A stretch of 64,000 bases of DNA from Pseudomonadota bacterium (GTDB lineage Bacteria > Pseudomonadota > Alphaproteobacteria > Acetobacterales > Acetobacteraceae): positions 1,561 to 65,560 of the forward strand of contig JAKBAV010000003.1 of assembly GCA_021826225.1 (NCBI GenBank), written 5' to 3'. Below the pieces are notes generated by a model. That model worked only from the letters and a program-made list of their open reading frames with translations, made no database searches and had not been told where the DNA came from. Within the stretch, counting starts at the first letter, position 1. Each line of letters starts with the position of its first letter. The translations under genes and the position numbers were made by a program. Of this stretch, positions 9,307 to 20,072 are shown one piece after another.

Positions 9307-10836
9307 ATGGTCGCGCGTCGCGTGGCCCCAGGTGGAGAATCGCTGAATGATGGCGCAAACGTCTCGCACCGCCCGGTGGTACGGTTGATGGAAGCTGGCG
9401 CGTTGCGCGCTGCGGTCAGGGATGGCGCTGCCGGCCGCATTGCCGTCTCTGGCCTCCGGCAGAGCCTCCCCGTTACGTCGGCGCGGGCCGCCGCCATAGG
9501 CCTCGCCGTGATGCTCACGGGCTGCGCCACCTACCAGCCCCTGCCTTTGGCGCGGCAGGCCAGTCTCGCCCCTGGCCTAGCGGGTCTCGCTACCCAGGTT
9601 CCGGCGGTGGCGGCGGGCGCCGCGCCACGTCGCATCGATGTCGGCCGGCCCCTCGATATTTCGGATATCGGCTTGCTCGCCATCCTCAACGACCCCGATC
9701 TGAAATCCGAATGGGGCGATATGGGGGTTGCCCAGGCCGGGCTGGTGCAGGCCTCGCTCTTGCCGAACCCCACGGCCTCGCTCGGCTTCGCGGCGCTGCT
9801 CGGCGGCCCCGGCAGCGCGCCGGCCTATACCGCGTCGCTCTCGCAGGATATCGCCGCGCTCGTCACCTACCGGGCGCGGGTCCACGCCGCCCGGGCGCAT
9901 GTGGCCGAGGTCAACGCCACATTGCTCTGGCAGGAATGGCAGGTGGGGCAGAAGGCGCGGCTGCTGGCCCTGGATATCTATTATGGCGAGCGCTCACTGG
10001 CCCTCACCCGGCAGGAGCTGCGCCTGACCTCGGATGAGGCGCAGCAGGCGCAGGCGGCCACCCAGGCGGGCAATCTGGCGCTCGGCGCCCTGGCGCCCCT
10101 GCTGGCCGCCCAGGCCATGGCGGCTCAGGCGCTCATCACGCTCAATGTCGAACAGATCAAGCAATGGCAGGCACTGGATGCGCTGCTCGGCCTGGCGCCC
10201 GATGCCCGGTTTGCCATCGCCGCGCCCGAACTGCCGCCCCCCCCGGTGCAGCTCGCACCGCTGATCGCGCGTATACCCCTCCAGCGCCCGGACATAATCG
10301 CCCTGCAACTGGGTTACAGCGCCGCGGAGGCTGGCATGCGCGCCGCCATACTTGGCCAGTTTCCCGCTTTCCTGCTCGGCGGCAGCTGGGGCTCGGACAC
10401 GACAGGCGTAAGCTCCGCCGGACCGTCGATCACCTTCGACCTGCCGATTTTCGACCGCAACCAGGGCAAGATCACGAATGCCCAGGCAACGCGCCTGCTG
10501 CTGCACGCGCAGTACCGCGCGCGGCTCGACAATGCCGTCGGCACCGCGCGCGGCATAGCGGCCCAGGAACGCATGCTGGCCGATGAACTGCCGCAGGCGC
10601 GCCAGGCGGCGCGGGACGCGGAAAATTTCGCGCGGAGCGCGGAAGCCGCCTACGCCCAGAACAATATCGATCAGATCGCCCTGACCGATTACCAGACCAC
10701 CGCCCTGCAGCGGGACCTCGAACTCATCAGCCTCGAACGCGCGGTTGGCGAGGACAGGCTCGCCCTGGATGTCGAACTGGGCCTCGGACTGCCCGCGACG
10801 AGACTCGCCGCCCCTAATCAAACGGACCAGCAATGA
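9307..10836 (+). CDS. TolC-family outer-membrane efflux lipoprotein
   Basis: Lipobox LTGC (Cys codon at 9523), QRPDI and LPIFDRNQG motifs; first gene of an efflux trio. The true start probably lies downstream of 9307. Confidence 0.85.
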   Translation: MVARRVAPGGESLNDGANVSHRPVVRLMEAGALRAAVRDGAAGRIAVSGLRQSLPVTSARAAAIGLAVMLTGCATYQPLPLARQASLAPGLAGLATQVPAVAAGAAPRRIDVGRPLDISDIGLLAILNDPDLKSEWGDMGVAQAGLVQASLLPNPTASLGFAALLGGPGSAPAYTASLSQDIAALVTYRARVHAARAHVAEVNATLLWQEWQVGQKARLLALDIYYGERSLALTRQELRLTSDEAQQAQAATQAGNLALGALAPLLAAQAMAAQALITLNVEQIKQWQALDALLGLAPDARFAIAAPELPPPPVQLAPLIARIPLQRPDIIALQLGYSAAEAGMRAAILGQFPAFLLGGSWGSDTTGVSSAGPSITFDLPIFDRNQGKITNAQATRLLLHAQYRARLDNAVGTARGIAAQERMLADELPQARQAARDAENFARSAEAAYAQNNIDQIALTDYQTTALQRDLELISLERAVGEDRLALDVELGLGLPATRLAAPNQTDQQ

Positions 10837-11879
10837 AACGAGCCCTCCCCCTGCTTTTTGGCGCCGCCTTGCTGTTGCCGTACGTCGCCCGGGCACAAAA
10901 CACACCCAGTGTGCCCAGCGTACTCGTGCAGCTCACCACGTTGCATAAGGGCAGCCTGCCGCAGGCGGTCACCGCCTATGGCACCATCCAGCCCGGCGCC
11001 GCCGCGAGCCGGACAATCATGGCGCCGCTCCCCGCACTGGTCGAGAGCCTGGAGGTGCAGCCCGGCCAGACCGTGACACAGGGCGCGCCGCTGCTCCGCC
11101 TGGCGCCAAGCCCGGCCGCCGCCGCATCCTATACCCAGGCCGAATCCGCCTTGCAGGTCGCGACCGGGCTTGTCGCCCGCACCCGCGACATGGTGGCCCA
11201 GCATCTCGCCACGGCACAGCAGCTCGCCGATGCGATGAAAGCGCGATCAGATGCCCGCGCCACGCTGCGGGCGCTGCAAGCCCAGGGCGCCGGCGGGGTG
11301 CAGACCCTGCGCGCGCCCTTCGCCGCAATCGTCACCGCCGTTTCCGTAACCCCGGGCAGCGTGGTGGCCGAGGGTGCCGCCTTGCTGCAGCTCGCCCGGG
11401 CGCAGGGGCTGGTGCTGCAAGCCGGCCTGGTGCCGGGCGAGGCGGTTGCCGTGACCGCCGGGGACAAGGTGGCCGTTACCCCGCTCGGCGGCGGCGCCAT
11501 GCTCCAGGGCACGGTGTTATGGCGCGGCGCGGTGGTGCAGGCGAGCGACGGGCTGGTACAGGTCGCCATCGCCGTGCCGGCCGGCCAGCTCTTACTGGGC
11601 GAAATGGCGCAGGCCAGCATCACCACCGGCCAGCTCACCGGCTATGTCGTACCGCATGCGGCGATACTCGTGGACGACCAGGGGCAGGCCTACATCGTGC
11701 AGGCCGAGAACATGACGGCGAAAAAAATCCCGGTGCAGATCCTCGGCGGTGCCGGCGCCGAAAACGTGATTACCGGCGCGCTCGACCCCGCCGCGCCGCT
11801 CGTGCTCTCCGGCAACCATCAGCTCGATGACGGCATGAAGATGCGCACCGCCGCGGCTGGAAGCACATCAGCTCCATGA
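10833..11879 (+). CDS. RND periplasmic adaptor (membrane fusion protein)
   Basis: Lipoyl-like VQPGQTVTQGAPLLRL and LRAPFAAIV, plus VVPHAAI; ATGA overlaps with both neighbours. Confidence 0.9.
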   Translation: MKRALPLLFGAALLLPYVARAQNTPSVPSVLVQLTTLHKGSLPQAVTAYGTIQPGAAASRTIMAPLPALVESLEVQPGQTVTQGAPLLRLAPSPAAAASYTQAESALQVATGLVARTRDMVAQHLATAQQLADAMKARSDARATLRALQAQGAGGVQTLRAPFAAIVTAVSVTPGSVVAEGAALLQLARAQGLVLQAGLVPGEAVAVTAGDKVAVTPLGGGAMLQGTVLWRGAVVQASDGLVQVAIAVPAGQLLLGEMAQASITTGQLTGYVVPHAAILVDDQGQAYIVQAENMTAKKIPVQILGGAGAENVITGALDPAAPLVLSGNHQLDDGMKMRTAAAGSTSAP

Positions 11880-14800
11880 ATCTGATCGACTGGATCGAAC
11901 ACCACCGGCGCAGCCTGGTCTTCGTCGCGCTCGCTCTGGCCGCCGCCGGTCTGTTCGCGGGCGCATCGCTGCCGGTCGGGCTGTTCCCCGTGACCAGCTT
12001 TCCCCGCATCCGGATCGAGGTCAGCACCACCAGCATGCCGGCCAGACAGATGCTCATCGACGTGACGGAGCCACTAGAGGAGGTCGCGCGGGCGGTGCCC
12101 GGCGTCGTCGATGTCGTCTCGACCACATCGCGCGGGTCGGCGCAGATATTCGTGGATTTTCCGTGGAACGCGAACATGAAGCAGGCGCTGCTGAGCGTTG
12201 ATGCCGCATTCGCCCAGGCCATCCCGGGCCTGCCTCCGGGCACGCAATACGATGCCATCCAGATGAGCCCGAACGAGCTCATGCCCTTCGTCTCCTACGC
12301 GCTCACTTCGCAGAGCGTGCCATCATCCGAATTGCGGCGCCTGGCGCAATACCAGATCACGCCGCTGCTCTCGGGCATAGAGGGCATCCGCCGCGTGGGC
12401 GTGCTTGGCGGGCAGACGCCCGAGGTGCAGGTGCGGGTCGATCCCGCCAAATTGCAGGCCTACAACCTCACCCTCACGGATGTCGCCACCGCCATCTCGG
12501 CGGCCAACACCATCGATGCGGTCGGCCGCCTGCAGGATAACGATCTGCTTTATCTGGCGATCAGCAATAACGCGTTCCAATCGGTGCAATCGGTGCGCGA
12601 TGTCACGTTGCGCCTCGCCGGCGGCGGCATATTGCGCCTGTCCGATATCGCAACCGTAACGCTTGGCGCGAAGCCGGAATGGCTGCTCATCGACAATAAC
12701 GGCCAACCGGCCGTCACATTCGATGTCTACCAGCAGGACAGCGCCGATTCTCTGGGCATGGAGCGCGCGGTCAGCCAGAAGCTGGCCAGCTTCATGAAGA
12801 CGCAGCCCGACACCATTCATCTCCATAAATGGTATGATCAGACCCAGCTCGTCCGCTCCTCGATCGGCGCGGTGGAGGAAGCCATCCTCATCGGCCTGAT
12901 CTTCGCGGCAATGGTGATGCTGGCCTTCCTGCGCAACTGGCGCGTCACCCTGGTGGCGATCATGGTCGTCCCGCTTTCCGTGCTCATCACCGTGCTGCTG
13001 CTGTCGCTTTTCGGCATGACCTTCAACATCATGACGCTGGGCGGCATCGCCGCGGCGATCGGCCTGTTGATCGACGATGCCATCGTCATGATCGAGCATA
13101 TCGCGCGCCGCGCCGGCGCGCCGGGGCTCAAGGACGCCAACGCCCATGTGCTGGTGGCCGCGCGCGAGTTTCTGTCGCCGCTGCTGGGCTCCAGCCTGGC
13201 GACCACGATCATCTTCATCCCGCTTGCCTTTCTCAGCGGAATTACCGGCGCCTTCTTCAAGTTCCTGTCGCTCACCATGGCCTCGGCGCTCATCATCTCC
13301 TTCATCCTCACCGCCTTCACCGTGCCGCTGCTGGCACGCAGCATCATCGATTTCGGCAAATGGGAAGATCCCGGACATGGCCGCGAAACCTGGCTGCGAC
13401 GCACCCATGGCCGCATGCTGCGCGGGTTGTTCGCCCGCCCCTGGCTGCTCGCGGCGGGTCTTGCCGTGCTGATCCTGGCCGGGCTCATCGCCCACGCCCA
13501 TGTCGGCACCGGCTTTCTGCCGCGCATGGATGAAGGCGGCTTCGTGCTGGATTACCAGACCGCGCCAGGCACTTCGCTGACCGAGACCAACCGCGAACTC
13601 AGCGAGGTGGAGGCGATCCTGAAGCAGGACCCCGCCGTCGATACATTCTCACGCCGCACCGGCGCCGGGCTCGGCGGCGACCTTGCGGAAAGCTACCAGG
13701 GCGATTTTTTCGTGCGTCTCGTCGCGCCGGGGCGCCGGCCGAATATCTGGAAGGTCATGGACGGCATCGATGCCAAGGTAACCAGCCAGGTGCCCGGCAT
13801 CGCCTTCGATACCCACCAGCTCCTCAGCGACATGATCGGCGACATGGTCGGCCGCCGCCAGCCGGTCGTCATCCAGCTCAGCGCCAAAAACCCGGATGTG
13901 CTGCCCGGCATCGCCGGCAAGGTCGCCGATGCCATCGCCCAGGTTCCCGGTATTCAACCCGCTTCGGTCGATGACGGCGTGGTGCCGGCCGGCGATGCCC
14001 TGGAAATCCATGTCGATGCCGCCGCCGCCGCCATGGAAGGCGTCACGCCGCAGGATGTGGAGGCGAGCCTGTACCACTACCTCAACGGCGCGGTGGTCAC
14101 GCATTACCTCGGCACCGAGCAGGATATCGGCGTACGGCTATGGCTCGCGGTACCGCAGACGCAAATTTATCGTGACGACCTCGGCAACCTGCCGATCCGC
14201 TCCCCCTCCGGCAATATCTTTCCACTGAAGACCATCGCCACCGTCAATTTCGTCGCCGGCCAGCCGGAAATCACCCGGGAGAATCTGCAACAGGTCGTTG
14301 CCGTTACGGCGCAGATCGGCGGCGGCCATGATCTCGGATCGACCATCGCCGCCGTGCAGAAAACCTTGCGCCAGCCTGGCTTTCTGCCATCCGGCGTCAA
14401 CTACACCATCGGCGGCGCCTACAAGCAGCAGCAAATCGCCATGCACGGCATGATCCGCGTCTTCGCCGCCGCCGCGATTGCCGAGATCATTCTTCTGCTC
14501 TTTCTGTATGAGCGTTTCGCCCTGCCGTTCATCATCGTGCTCAGCGCGGTAATCTCGACCGGCGCGGTCTATCTCGGATTATGGATCACCGGGGTGGAAC
14601 TCAACATCACCGGCATGATGGGCATGGTGATGATCGTCGGTATAGCCACGGAAATGGCGATTTTTCTGGTTTCCGAATTCCAGGCGCTGGAACGGGTCAT
14701 GCCGGCGCGCCAGGCGCTGTACGAGGCGGCGCTGAACCGGCTGCGCCCGATCCTCATGAGCTCTCTGGCCATGATCCTGGCACTGCTCCCGCTCGGCGCG

Positions 14801-14938
14801 GCCCTCAGCGGCTCGGGCGATGAGATGCTGCAGCCCCTGGCCATCGCCATCATCTCGGGTATCATCGTGCAGATGCCGCTCGTCCTGCTCGCCATGCCGG
14901 TGGTGATCGGCCTGACCATCCGCAAACGGGACATGTAA
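11876..14938 (+). CDS. RND efflux permease (AcrB/CusA superfamily)
   Basis: 1020 aa; GLLIDDAIVMIE (TM4), FLPRMDEG, RLRPILMS, QPLAIAIISG. Confidence 0.95.
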   Translation: MNLIDWIEHHRRSLVFVALALAAAGLFAGASLPVGLFPVTSFPRIRIEVSTTSMPARQMLIDVTEPLEEVARAVPGVVDVVSTTSRGSAQIFVDFPWNANMKQALLSVDAAFAQAIPGLPPGTQYDAIQMSPNELMPFVSYALTSQSVPSSELRRLAQYQITPLLSGIEGIRRVGVLGGQTPEVQVRVDPAKLQAYNLTLTDVATAISAANTIDAVGRLQDNDLLYLAISNNAFQSVQSVRDVTLRLAGGGILRLSDIATVTLGAKPEWLLIDNNGQPAVTFDVYQQDSADSLGMERAVSQKLASFMKTQPDTIHLHKWYDQTQLVRSSIGAVEEAILIGLIFAAMVMLAFLRNWRVTLVAIMVVPLSVLITVLLLSLFGMTFNIMTLGGIAAAIGLLIDDAIVMIEHIARRAGAPGLKDANAHVLVAAREFLSPLLGSSLATTIIFIPLAFLSGITGAFFKFLSLTMASALIISFILTAFTVPLLARSIIDFGKWEDPGHGRETWLRRTHGRMLRGLFARPWLLAAGLAVLILAGLIAHAHVGTGFLPRMDEGGFVLDYQTAPGTSLTETNRELSEVEAILKQDPAVDTFSRRTGAGLGGDLAESYQGDFFVRLVAPGRRPNIWKVMDGIDAKVTSQVPGIAFDTHQLLSDMIGDMVGRRQPVVIQLSAKNPDVLPGIAGKVADAIAQVPGIQPASVDDGVVPAGDALEIHVDAAAAAMEGVTPQDVEASLYHYLNGAVVTHYLGTEQDIGVRLWLAVPQTQIYRDDLGNLPIRSPSGNIFPLKTIATVNFVAGQPEITRENLQQVVAVTAQIGGGHDLGSTIAAVQKTLRQPGFLPSGVNYTIGGAYKQQQIAMHGMIRVFAAAAIAEIILLLFLYERFALPFIIVLSAVISTGAVYLGLWITGVELNITGMMGMVMIVGIATEMAIFLVSEFQALERVMPARQALYEAALNRLRPILMSSLAMILALLPLGAALSGSGDEMLQPLAIAIISGIIVQMPLVLLAMPVVIGLTIRKRDM

Positions 14939-15223
14939 CCACGCACTGGTCGCGCGCCGGTTATCAGGGTGTTGGTTATTATTGATAAGAACCGTGTCTT
15001 ATTGAAAATAAAGACGGTCCCGGACACGCGGGGCGTTGCACGTGAACGGCTTGGCAAACAAACCACTGGCTGACTGCGAAACGCACAAAACACATATAAA
15101 ATAAAATAGCTGAGGAAAAATATCAGGCGCAGAAAGCGCCCTGCCTCCATAAGCGGGCCGCAGAAAAAAAGTGATCGGCGCGGTCTCGGGCGGCCTCTTC
15201 GCCGGCGAGATCGTCGAGAACAC

Positions 15224-15310
15224 CTCGCCGCGCTGTTCCTGGCCAGTGGCGATGCCCCCTTCATCAACGAAACTCACCTCTTTGTTGATAACGGCTTCAC
15301 CGCGGTGTGA
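15224..15310 (+). pseudogene. Relic 3' end of a short-chain dehydrogenase gene
   Basis: This frame reads LAALFLASGDAPFINETHLFVDNGFTAV*, the typical SDR C-terminus (FLASxxAxFIxGxxLxVDxG). No upstream SDR body is present, and it overlaps the hutC 3' end. Confidence 0.7.
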
Positions 15311-16023
15311 TCCGCCGTCACGCGGTAGCGGCTGCCCAGGCTGTAACGCCCGCCAGGATGGGTGAAGATCGAGAACGTCACAAGCCGGGCATCGATCCAT
15401 GTCCGGCGCAGCAGGCGCAGGCACGGCTCGGCGGCGCTGATCTGCAGCCTGTCCCGCGCCGGTTCATCCGGGGTGACGGCATGGATGACATGCTCCACCT
15501 CATCCGGCGGCGTAATGCCGAGCAGGTAGCGATTGACCGTGATCCTTGTGAAATCCTGGCGCAGATAATCCGGCGCGAAATCAGGTGAGATAAAGCGTTC
15601 CTCGAGTTGAACCGGAATGTCATCCTCGAAATGCACGATCTCGGAGTAATGAATTTTTACCCTGGAGGAAAGCTGAAACTCGGCCGCCAAAGCCGCATCG
15701 GCGCGGCGCGCTTCAAGCCGCAGCACCTGGGCCCGGTGCGTATGGCCACGCGCCGTTATATCCTCCGCGATGTCATGGATTTCAAGCAACGCCGAGCGCG
15801 GCACCTGCCGCTGCACGAAGGTGCCGACGCCCTGGATGCGCAGCAGCAGCCCCGCCGCCGACATTTCCCGTAATGCCCGATGCACCGTCATGCGCGAGGC
15901 GCCAAGCGTTTCCATCAGCGCGAATTCGGAAGGGATCCTGCCGCCCTCGCGCCAGATCCCGGCGGCGATACCCTCGCGCAGATATTGCTTGACCCGCTCA
16001 TAAAGTTTCGGCGGCTTATCCAT
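15274..16023 (-). CDS. hutC: Histidine utilization repressor (GntR/UTRA)
   Basis: GntR HTH IPSE...ASRMTVHRALREM...GVGTFV and a UTRA domain; adjacent to the hut genes. Confidence 0.95.
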   Translation of the reverse strand: MDKPPKLYERVKQYLREGIAAGIWREGGRIPSEFALMETLGASRMTVHRALREMSAAGLLLRIQGVGTFVQRQVPRSALLEIHDIAEDITARGHTHRAQVLRLEARRADAALAAEFQLSSRVKIHYSEIVHFEDDIPVQLEERFISPDFAPDYLRQDFTRITVNRYLLGITPPDEVEHVIHAVTPDEPARDRLQISAAEPCLRLLRRTWIDARLVTFSIFTHPGGRYSLGSRYRVTADHTAVKPLSTKR

Positions 16024-16025
16024 GC

Positions 16026-17318
16026 CTATACGAGCCGCGCGAGCATGGCATCGAAACGCGCGCGGGCAATGCGGGCCAGCTCATGGCGGCCATTCCGCAC
16101 CACGCGCCGCCCGTTCACCCATACATCGCGCACCATCGGGGTACGGGCGGCGAATACGGCTTGCGCGAGGGCGATGTCCGGATCATCCCCCGCAATGGTC
16201 ACGAAGCTCGCCGGCGCGCCGGGCGCGATACCGCCGCCAATGCCGAGCGCCCGCGCGCCGCCTGCCACCGCGCCGGCATAAAGTGCCGTGGCGGTGGCGG
16301 GGATGGCGGCTGTGGCCATAACATTGCGCTGGCGCATAGCCAGGCGCTGGGAATATTCCAGCATGCGCAATTCCTGCGCCGCATCGATCAGCACGTTGGA
16401 ATCCGAACCGATGCCGTACGCGCCCGCAAAGTCATGCGCCGGAAAAATCCCGTCTCCCAGATTAGCCTCGGTGATGGGGCAGAGCCCGGCCACCGCGCCG
16501 CGCGCCGCCATGCCCGCCGCCTCGGCCGGCGTGATATGGGTGGCATGGACCAGGCACCAGTTTTCCGCCACCGCCGCGTGGTCGAGCAGATATTCGACCG
16601 GACGCTGCCCGCTGAAGGCCAGGCAGGCTTCAACCTCGGCCAGTTGCTCCGCGACATGAATGTGCAGCGGCCGCGTTCCGGCAAGGGTGGCAAGCGCAGT
16701 CAGTTCCGCCAATGTTGCCGCCCGCAGCGAATGCGGGGCCACGCCGCTGGGCCCGAGCGCGGCACAGCGCTCGCAAAGCCTGGCATAGGATTCCAGCGTA
16801 TTGCCGAAACGCCGCTGCTCCTCCCGCAACGCGGCGCCGCCGAACCCGGCATGGGCATAGAAAACCGGGAGCAGCAGCAATTCGATGCCGGTATTGCGCG
16901 CCGCCGCCGCCAGCCGCGCCGCCATTTCGCCGATATCGTCATAATGCGTGCCATCCGGCGCATGGTGCAGGTAATGGAATTCCGCCACGGCGGTAAAGCC
17001 GCTTTCGAGCATCTCGGTGAAGGCGAGGGTGGCGGCGATTTCCATATCCTCCGGCTGCATGGCGAGCGCCAGCTTGTACATCAGCTCCCGCCACGTCCAG
17101 AAACTGTCCCGCGTGGCGCCGCGCCGTTCCGCGCGCCCGGCCATGGCGCGCTGGAAAGCATGGCTGTGCAGGTTAGGCATGCCGGGCAAGGCGACATTCC
17201 GGCCCCCGCCGATGCCCGTCTCCACGGCGGCGATCCGCCCCTCCGCGACCGAGAGCCGGACATCCCGGGCCCAGCCGCCTGGCAGCAGCGCATGGCTGAA
17301 AATGAATGTCTCGGGCAC
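16026..17318 (-). CDS. hutF: Formimidoylglutamate deiminase
   Basis: PGMPNLHSHAFQRAMAG, DSFWTWRE, EFHYLHH, APHSLRA, CPITEANLGDG; GTG start at 17318 with an AGGAG RBS. Confidence 0.95.
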   Translation of the reverse strand: MPETFIFSHALLPGGWARDVRLSVAEGRIAAVETGIGGGRNVALPGMPNLHSHAFQRAMAGRAERRGATRDSFWTWRELMYKLALAMQPEDMEIAATLAFTEMLESGFTAVAEFHYLHHAPDGTHYDDIGEMAARLAAAARNTGIELLLLPVFYAHAGFGGAALREEQRRFGNTLESYARLCERCAALGPSGVAPHSLRAATLAELTALATLAGTRPLHIHVAEQLAEVEACLAFSGQRPVEYLLDHAAVAENWCLVHATHITPAEAAGMAARGAVAGLCPITEANLGDGIFPAHDFAGAYGIGSDSNVLIDAAQELRMLEYSQRLAMRQRNVMATAAIPATATALYAGAVAGGARALGIGGGIAPGAPASFVTIAGDDPDIALAQAVFAARTPMVRDVWVNGRRVVRNGRHELARIARARFDAMLARLV

Positions 17319-17344
17319 TGGACAGCTCCTCTCTGGTCTTCTAG

Positions 17345-17356
17345 TTGTATATACAA
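17345..17356. promoter_or_regulatory. HutC operator
   Basis: Perfect palindrome TTGTATATACAA (TGTA-N2-TACA, the known HutC box) between the divergent hutF and hutI. Confidence 0.85.
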
Positions 17357-17385
17357 TGTAAAACCACCCCGGCAAGGCGTCCCCC

Positions 17386-18567
17386 ATGCGTGCTGACCGT
17401 GTATTCCGTAACGCCAGGCTGATGACGATGGACCCGGCTTTGCCCGGGCTCGGACTCGTGGAGCGCGGCATGGTGGCGGAAGTGGCCGGCCGCATCACCT
17501 ATGCCGGGCCGGAACGCGACATTGCCGCCGCCGAACGCATCGATTGCGAGAATCGCTGGATTTCCCCCGGGCTCATCGATTGCCATACGCATCTGGTCTT
17601 TGCCGGAGACCGCGCCGCGGAGTTCGAGGCGCGGCTGGAAGGTGCCAGCTATGAGGAAATAGCCCGGGCCGGCGGCGGCATCCCCGCCACGGTGAATGCC
17701 ACGCGCGCGGCCACGGCGGCGGAATTATCGCGCCTGGCCGAAATACGGATGCGCGCCCTGACGGATGAAGGTGTCACGACCGTGGAGGTGAAGTCCGGTT
17801 ATGGGCTCTCCGCCGAAGCGGAATTTAAATTGCTGCGCGTCATTCGCGGGCTGGGGCAGGGGGCTGACATCGCCTGCACCTTTCTCGGCGCGCATGCGCT
17901 GCCGCCGGATATGGCGCGCGAGGATTATATCGCGCTTCTCTGCAATGAGATGATCCCGCGCATCGCGGCGGAATGTCTGGCCGAGGCGGTGGATGGCTTT
18001 TGCGAGGGCATCGCCTTCTCACCAGCGGAAATCGCAACTTTATTCGCCGCCGCCACGGCGCATGGGCTGCGCGTCAAACTGCATGCCGACCAGCTTTCCA
18101 ACCTGCACGGCGCGGCACTGGCCGCGCGTTTCGGCGCGCTCTCGGCGGACCATCTGGAACATACCGATGAGGCGGGCATCCGTGCCATGGCGCGGGCCGG
18201 CACGGTGGCGGTGCTGCTGCCGGGCGCGTTCTACGCCCTGCGCGAAACAAAACTTCCCCCCGTGGCGGCATTGCGCGCGCATGGCGTCACCATCGCCGTG
18301 GCGACCGACCTCAACCCCGGCACCTCGCCCCTGTTCTCGCTCCTGCTGGCCGCCAACATGGCGGCCACGCAATTCCGCCTCACGGTAACGGAATGCCTGC
18401 TCGGCATCACCCGCAACGCCGCCCTGGCGCTGGGCTATACCGACAGAGGCATGCTGCTTGCAGGTGCGAAATGCCACCTCGCCATCTGGAATATCGAGCA
18501 TCCGGCCGAGCTGGTCTACCGGATCGGCTACAACCCCCTGCACAAGAGAATCTGGAGCGCCGCATGA
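17386..18567 (+). CDS. hutI: Imidazolonepropionase
   Basis: [46 protein letters not shown]. Confidence 0.96.
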   Translation: MRADRVFRNARLMTMDPALPGLGLVERGMVAEVAGRITYAGPERDIAAAERIDCENRWISPGLIDCHTHLVFAGDRAAEFEARLEGASYEEIARAGGGIPATVNATRAATAAELSRLAEIRMRALTDEGVTTVEVKSGYGLSAEAEFKLLRVIRGLGQGADIACTFLGAHALPPDMAREDYIALLCNEMIPRIAAECLAEAVDGFCEGIAFSPAEIATLFAAATAHGLRVKLHADQLSNLHGAALAARFGALSADHLEHTDEAGIRAMARAGTVAVLLPGAFYALRETKLPPVAALRAHGVTIAVATDLNPGTSPLFSLLLAANMAATQFRLTVTECLLGITRNAALALGYTDRGMLLAGAKCHLAIWNIEHPAELVYRIGYNPLHKRIWSAA

Positions 18568-20072
18568 TGTTCACCCCGGGAGATGTTACTTTATCACAAT
18601 GGCGTGCCATCTACCGTGGCGCCGGGCTAGCCCTGGATGCGGCGGCAATCCCGGCGGTTGCGGCGGGGGAGGCGGCGGTGGCGGAAATATTATCCCGCGG
18701 CGCGCCGGTCTACGGCATCAATACCGGCTTCGGCCTGCTCGCCTCGGTGCGCATCGCCCCGGAGGATCTGGCGGTGTTGCAGCGCAACCTAGTGCTCTCG
18801 CATGCGGCGGGGGTGGGCGAGCCGGTGCCGGTGCCGGTCGTGCGGCTGATGCTCGCGCTCAAGCTGGGCTCCCTGGCGCAGGGGGCGTCCGGCATCCGGG
18901 TCGCGACCGTGCGGATGCTGGAGGCGATGCTGGCGAAAGGCCTGATCCCGGTAATCCCGGCGCAGGGCTCGGTGGGTGCCTCGGGCGATCTCGCGCCGCT
19001 CGCGCATATGGCGGCGGCGATGCTCGGCGTCGGGCAGATGATCACTCCGGAAGGGCCGATGCCGGCGGCCACGGCCCTGGAACGCTTCGGGCTGGCGCCT
19101 CTCGTGCTGGCGCCCAAGGAAGGCCTGGCGCTGCTCAATGGCACGCAGTTCAGCACGGCCTATGCGCTGGCCGGGCTGTTCGAGGCCGAGCAGGTGTTCC
19201 GCGCCGCCCTGGTAACCGGCGCGCTCTCCACCGATGCCGCGAAGGGCACGGATGCGCCATTCGATGCGCGCATCCACGCCTTGCGCCGGCACAGGACGCA
19301 GGCGGAAGTGGCCGAGGCGCTGCGCCACCTCATGCACGGCTCGGCCATCCGCGCCTCGCACCGCGAAAATGACGAGCGCGTGCAGGACCCGTATTGCCTG
19401 CGCTGCCAGCCGCAGGTGATGGGCGCCATACTGGGCGTGTTGCGCCAGGCCGCCGCCACGCTGGAGGCGGAGGCCAATGGCGTGACCGATAATCCGCTGA
19501 TTTTCACTTCACCCGCCATGGCGCTCTCGGGCGGCAATTTCCACGCCGAGCCGGTCGCCTTCGCGGCGGATATGATCGCCATGGCGCTCTGCGAAATCGG
19601 CTCGATCACGGAACGCCGCATCGCCATGCTGGTGGACCCGGCTTTGTCCCGCCTGCCGGCCTTCCTCACCCCCCGGCCGGGGCTGAATTCCGGTTTCATG
19701 ATCGCGCAGGTCACGGCGGCGGCCCTGGTTTCCGAAAACAAGGGCCGCGCTTTTCCCGCCTCGGTCGATTCCATCCCCACCTCGGCCAACCAGGAGGACC
19801 ATGTCTCCATGGCGGCGCATGGCGCGCGGCGCCTGCTGGCAATGGCGGAAAACGCCCGTGCCGTGGTGGCCATTGAATGGCTCGCCGCCGCGCAAGGATG
19901 CGATTTCCACGCGCTGCCCTCCTCCCCGGTTCTTGAGGCAGCGCGCGCGGCCTTGCGCCAGGCCGTGCCCAGGCTGGATGAGGACCGTTATTTCGCCCCC
20001 GACATCGAAGCCGCCATCGCCTTTCTGCGCGCCGGCGCGCTGGCGGATGAGCATCTGCCGGGTGTCGCATGA
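18564..20072 (+). CDS. hutH: Histidine ammonia-lyase
   Basis: [11 protein letters not shown]-forming [34 protein letters not shown]; ATG overlaps the hutI stop. Confidence 0.97.
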   Translation: MMFTPGDVTLSQWRAIYRGAGLALDAAAIPAVAAGEAAVAEILSRGAPVYGINTGFGLLASVRIAPEDLAVLQRNLVLSHAAGVGEPVPVPVVRLMLALKLGSLAQGASGIRVATVRMLEAMLAKGLIPVIPAQGSVGASGDLAPLAHMAAAMLGVGQMITPEGPMPAATALERFGLAPLVLAPKEGLALLNGTQFSTAYALAGLFEAEQVFRAALVTGALSTDAAKGTDAPFDARIHALRRHRTQAEVAEALRHLMHGSAIRASHRENDERVQDPYCLRCQPQVMGAILGVLRQAAATLEAEANGVTDNPLIFTSPAMALSGGNFHAEPVAFAADMIAMALCEIGSITERRIAMLVDPALSRLPAFLTPRPGLNSGFMIAQVTAAALVSENKGRAFPASVDSIPTSANQEDHVSMAAHGARRLLAMAENARAVVAIEWLAAAQGCDFHALPSSPVLEAARAALRQAVPRLDEDRYFAPDIEAAIAFLRAGALADEHLPGVA

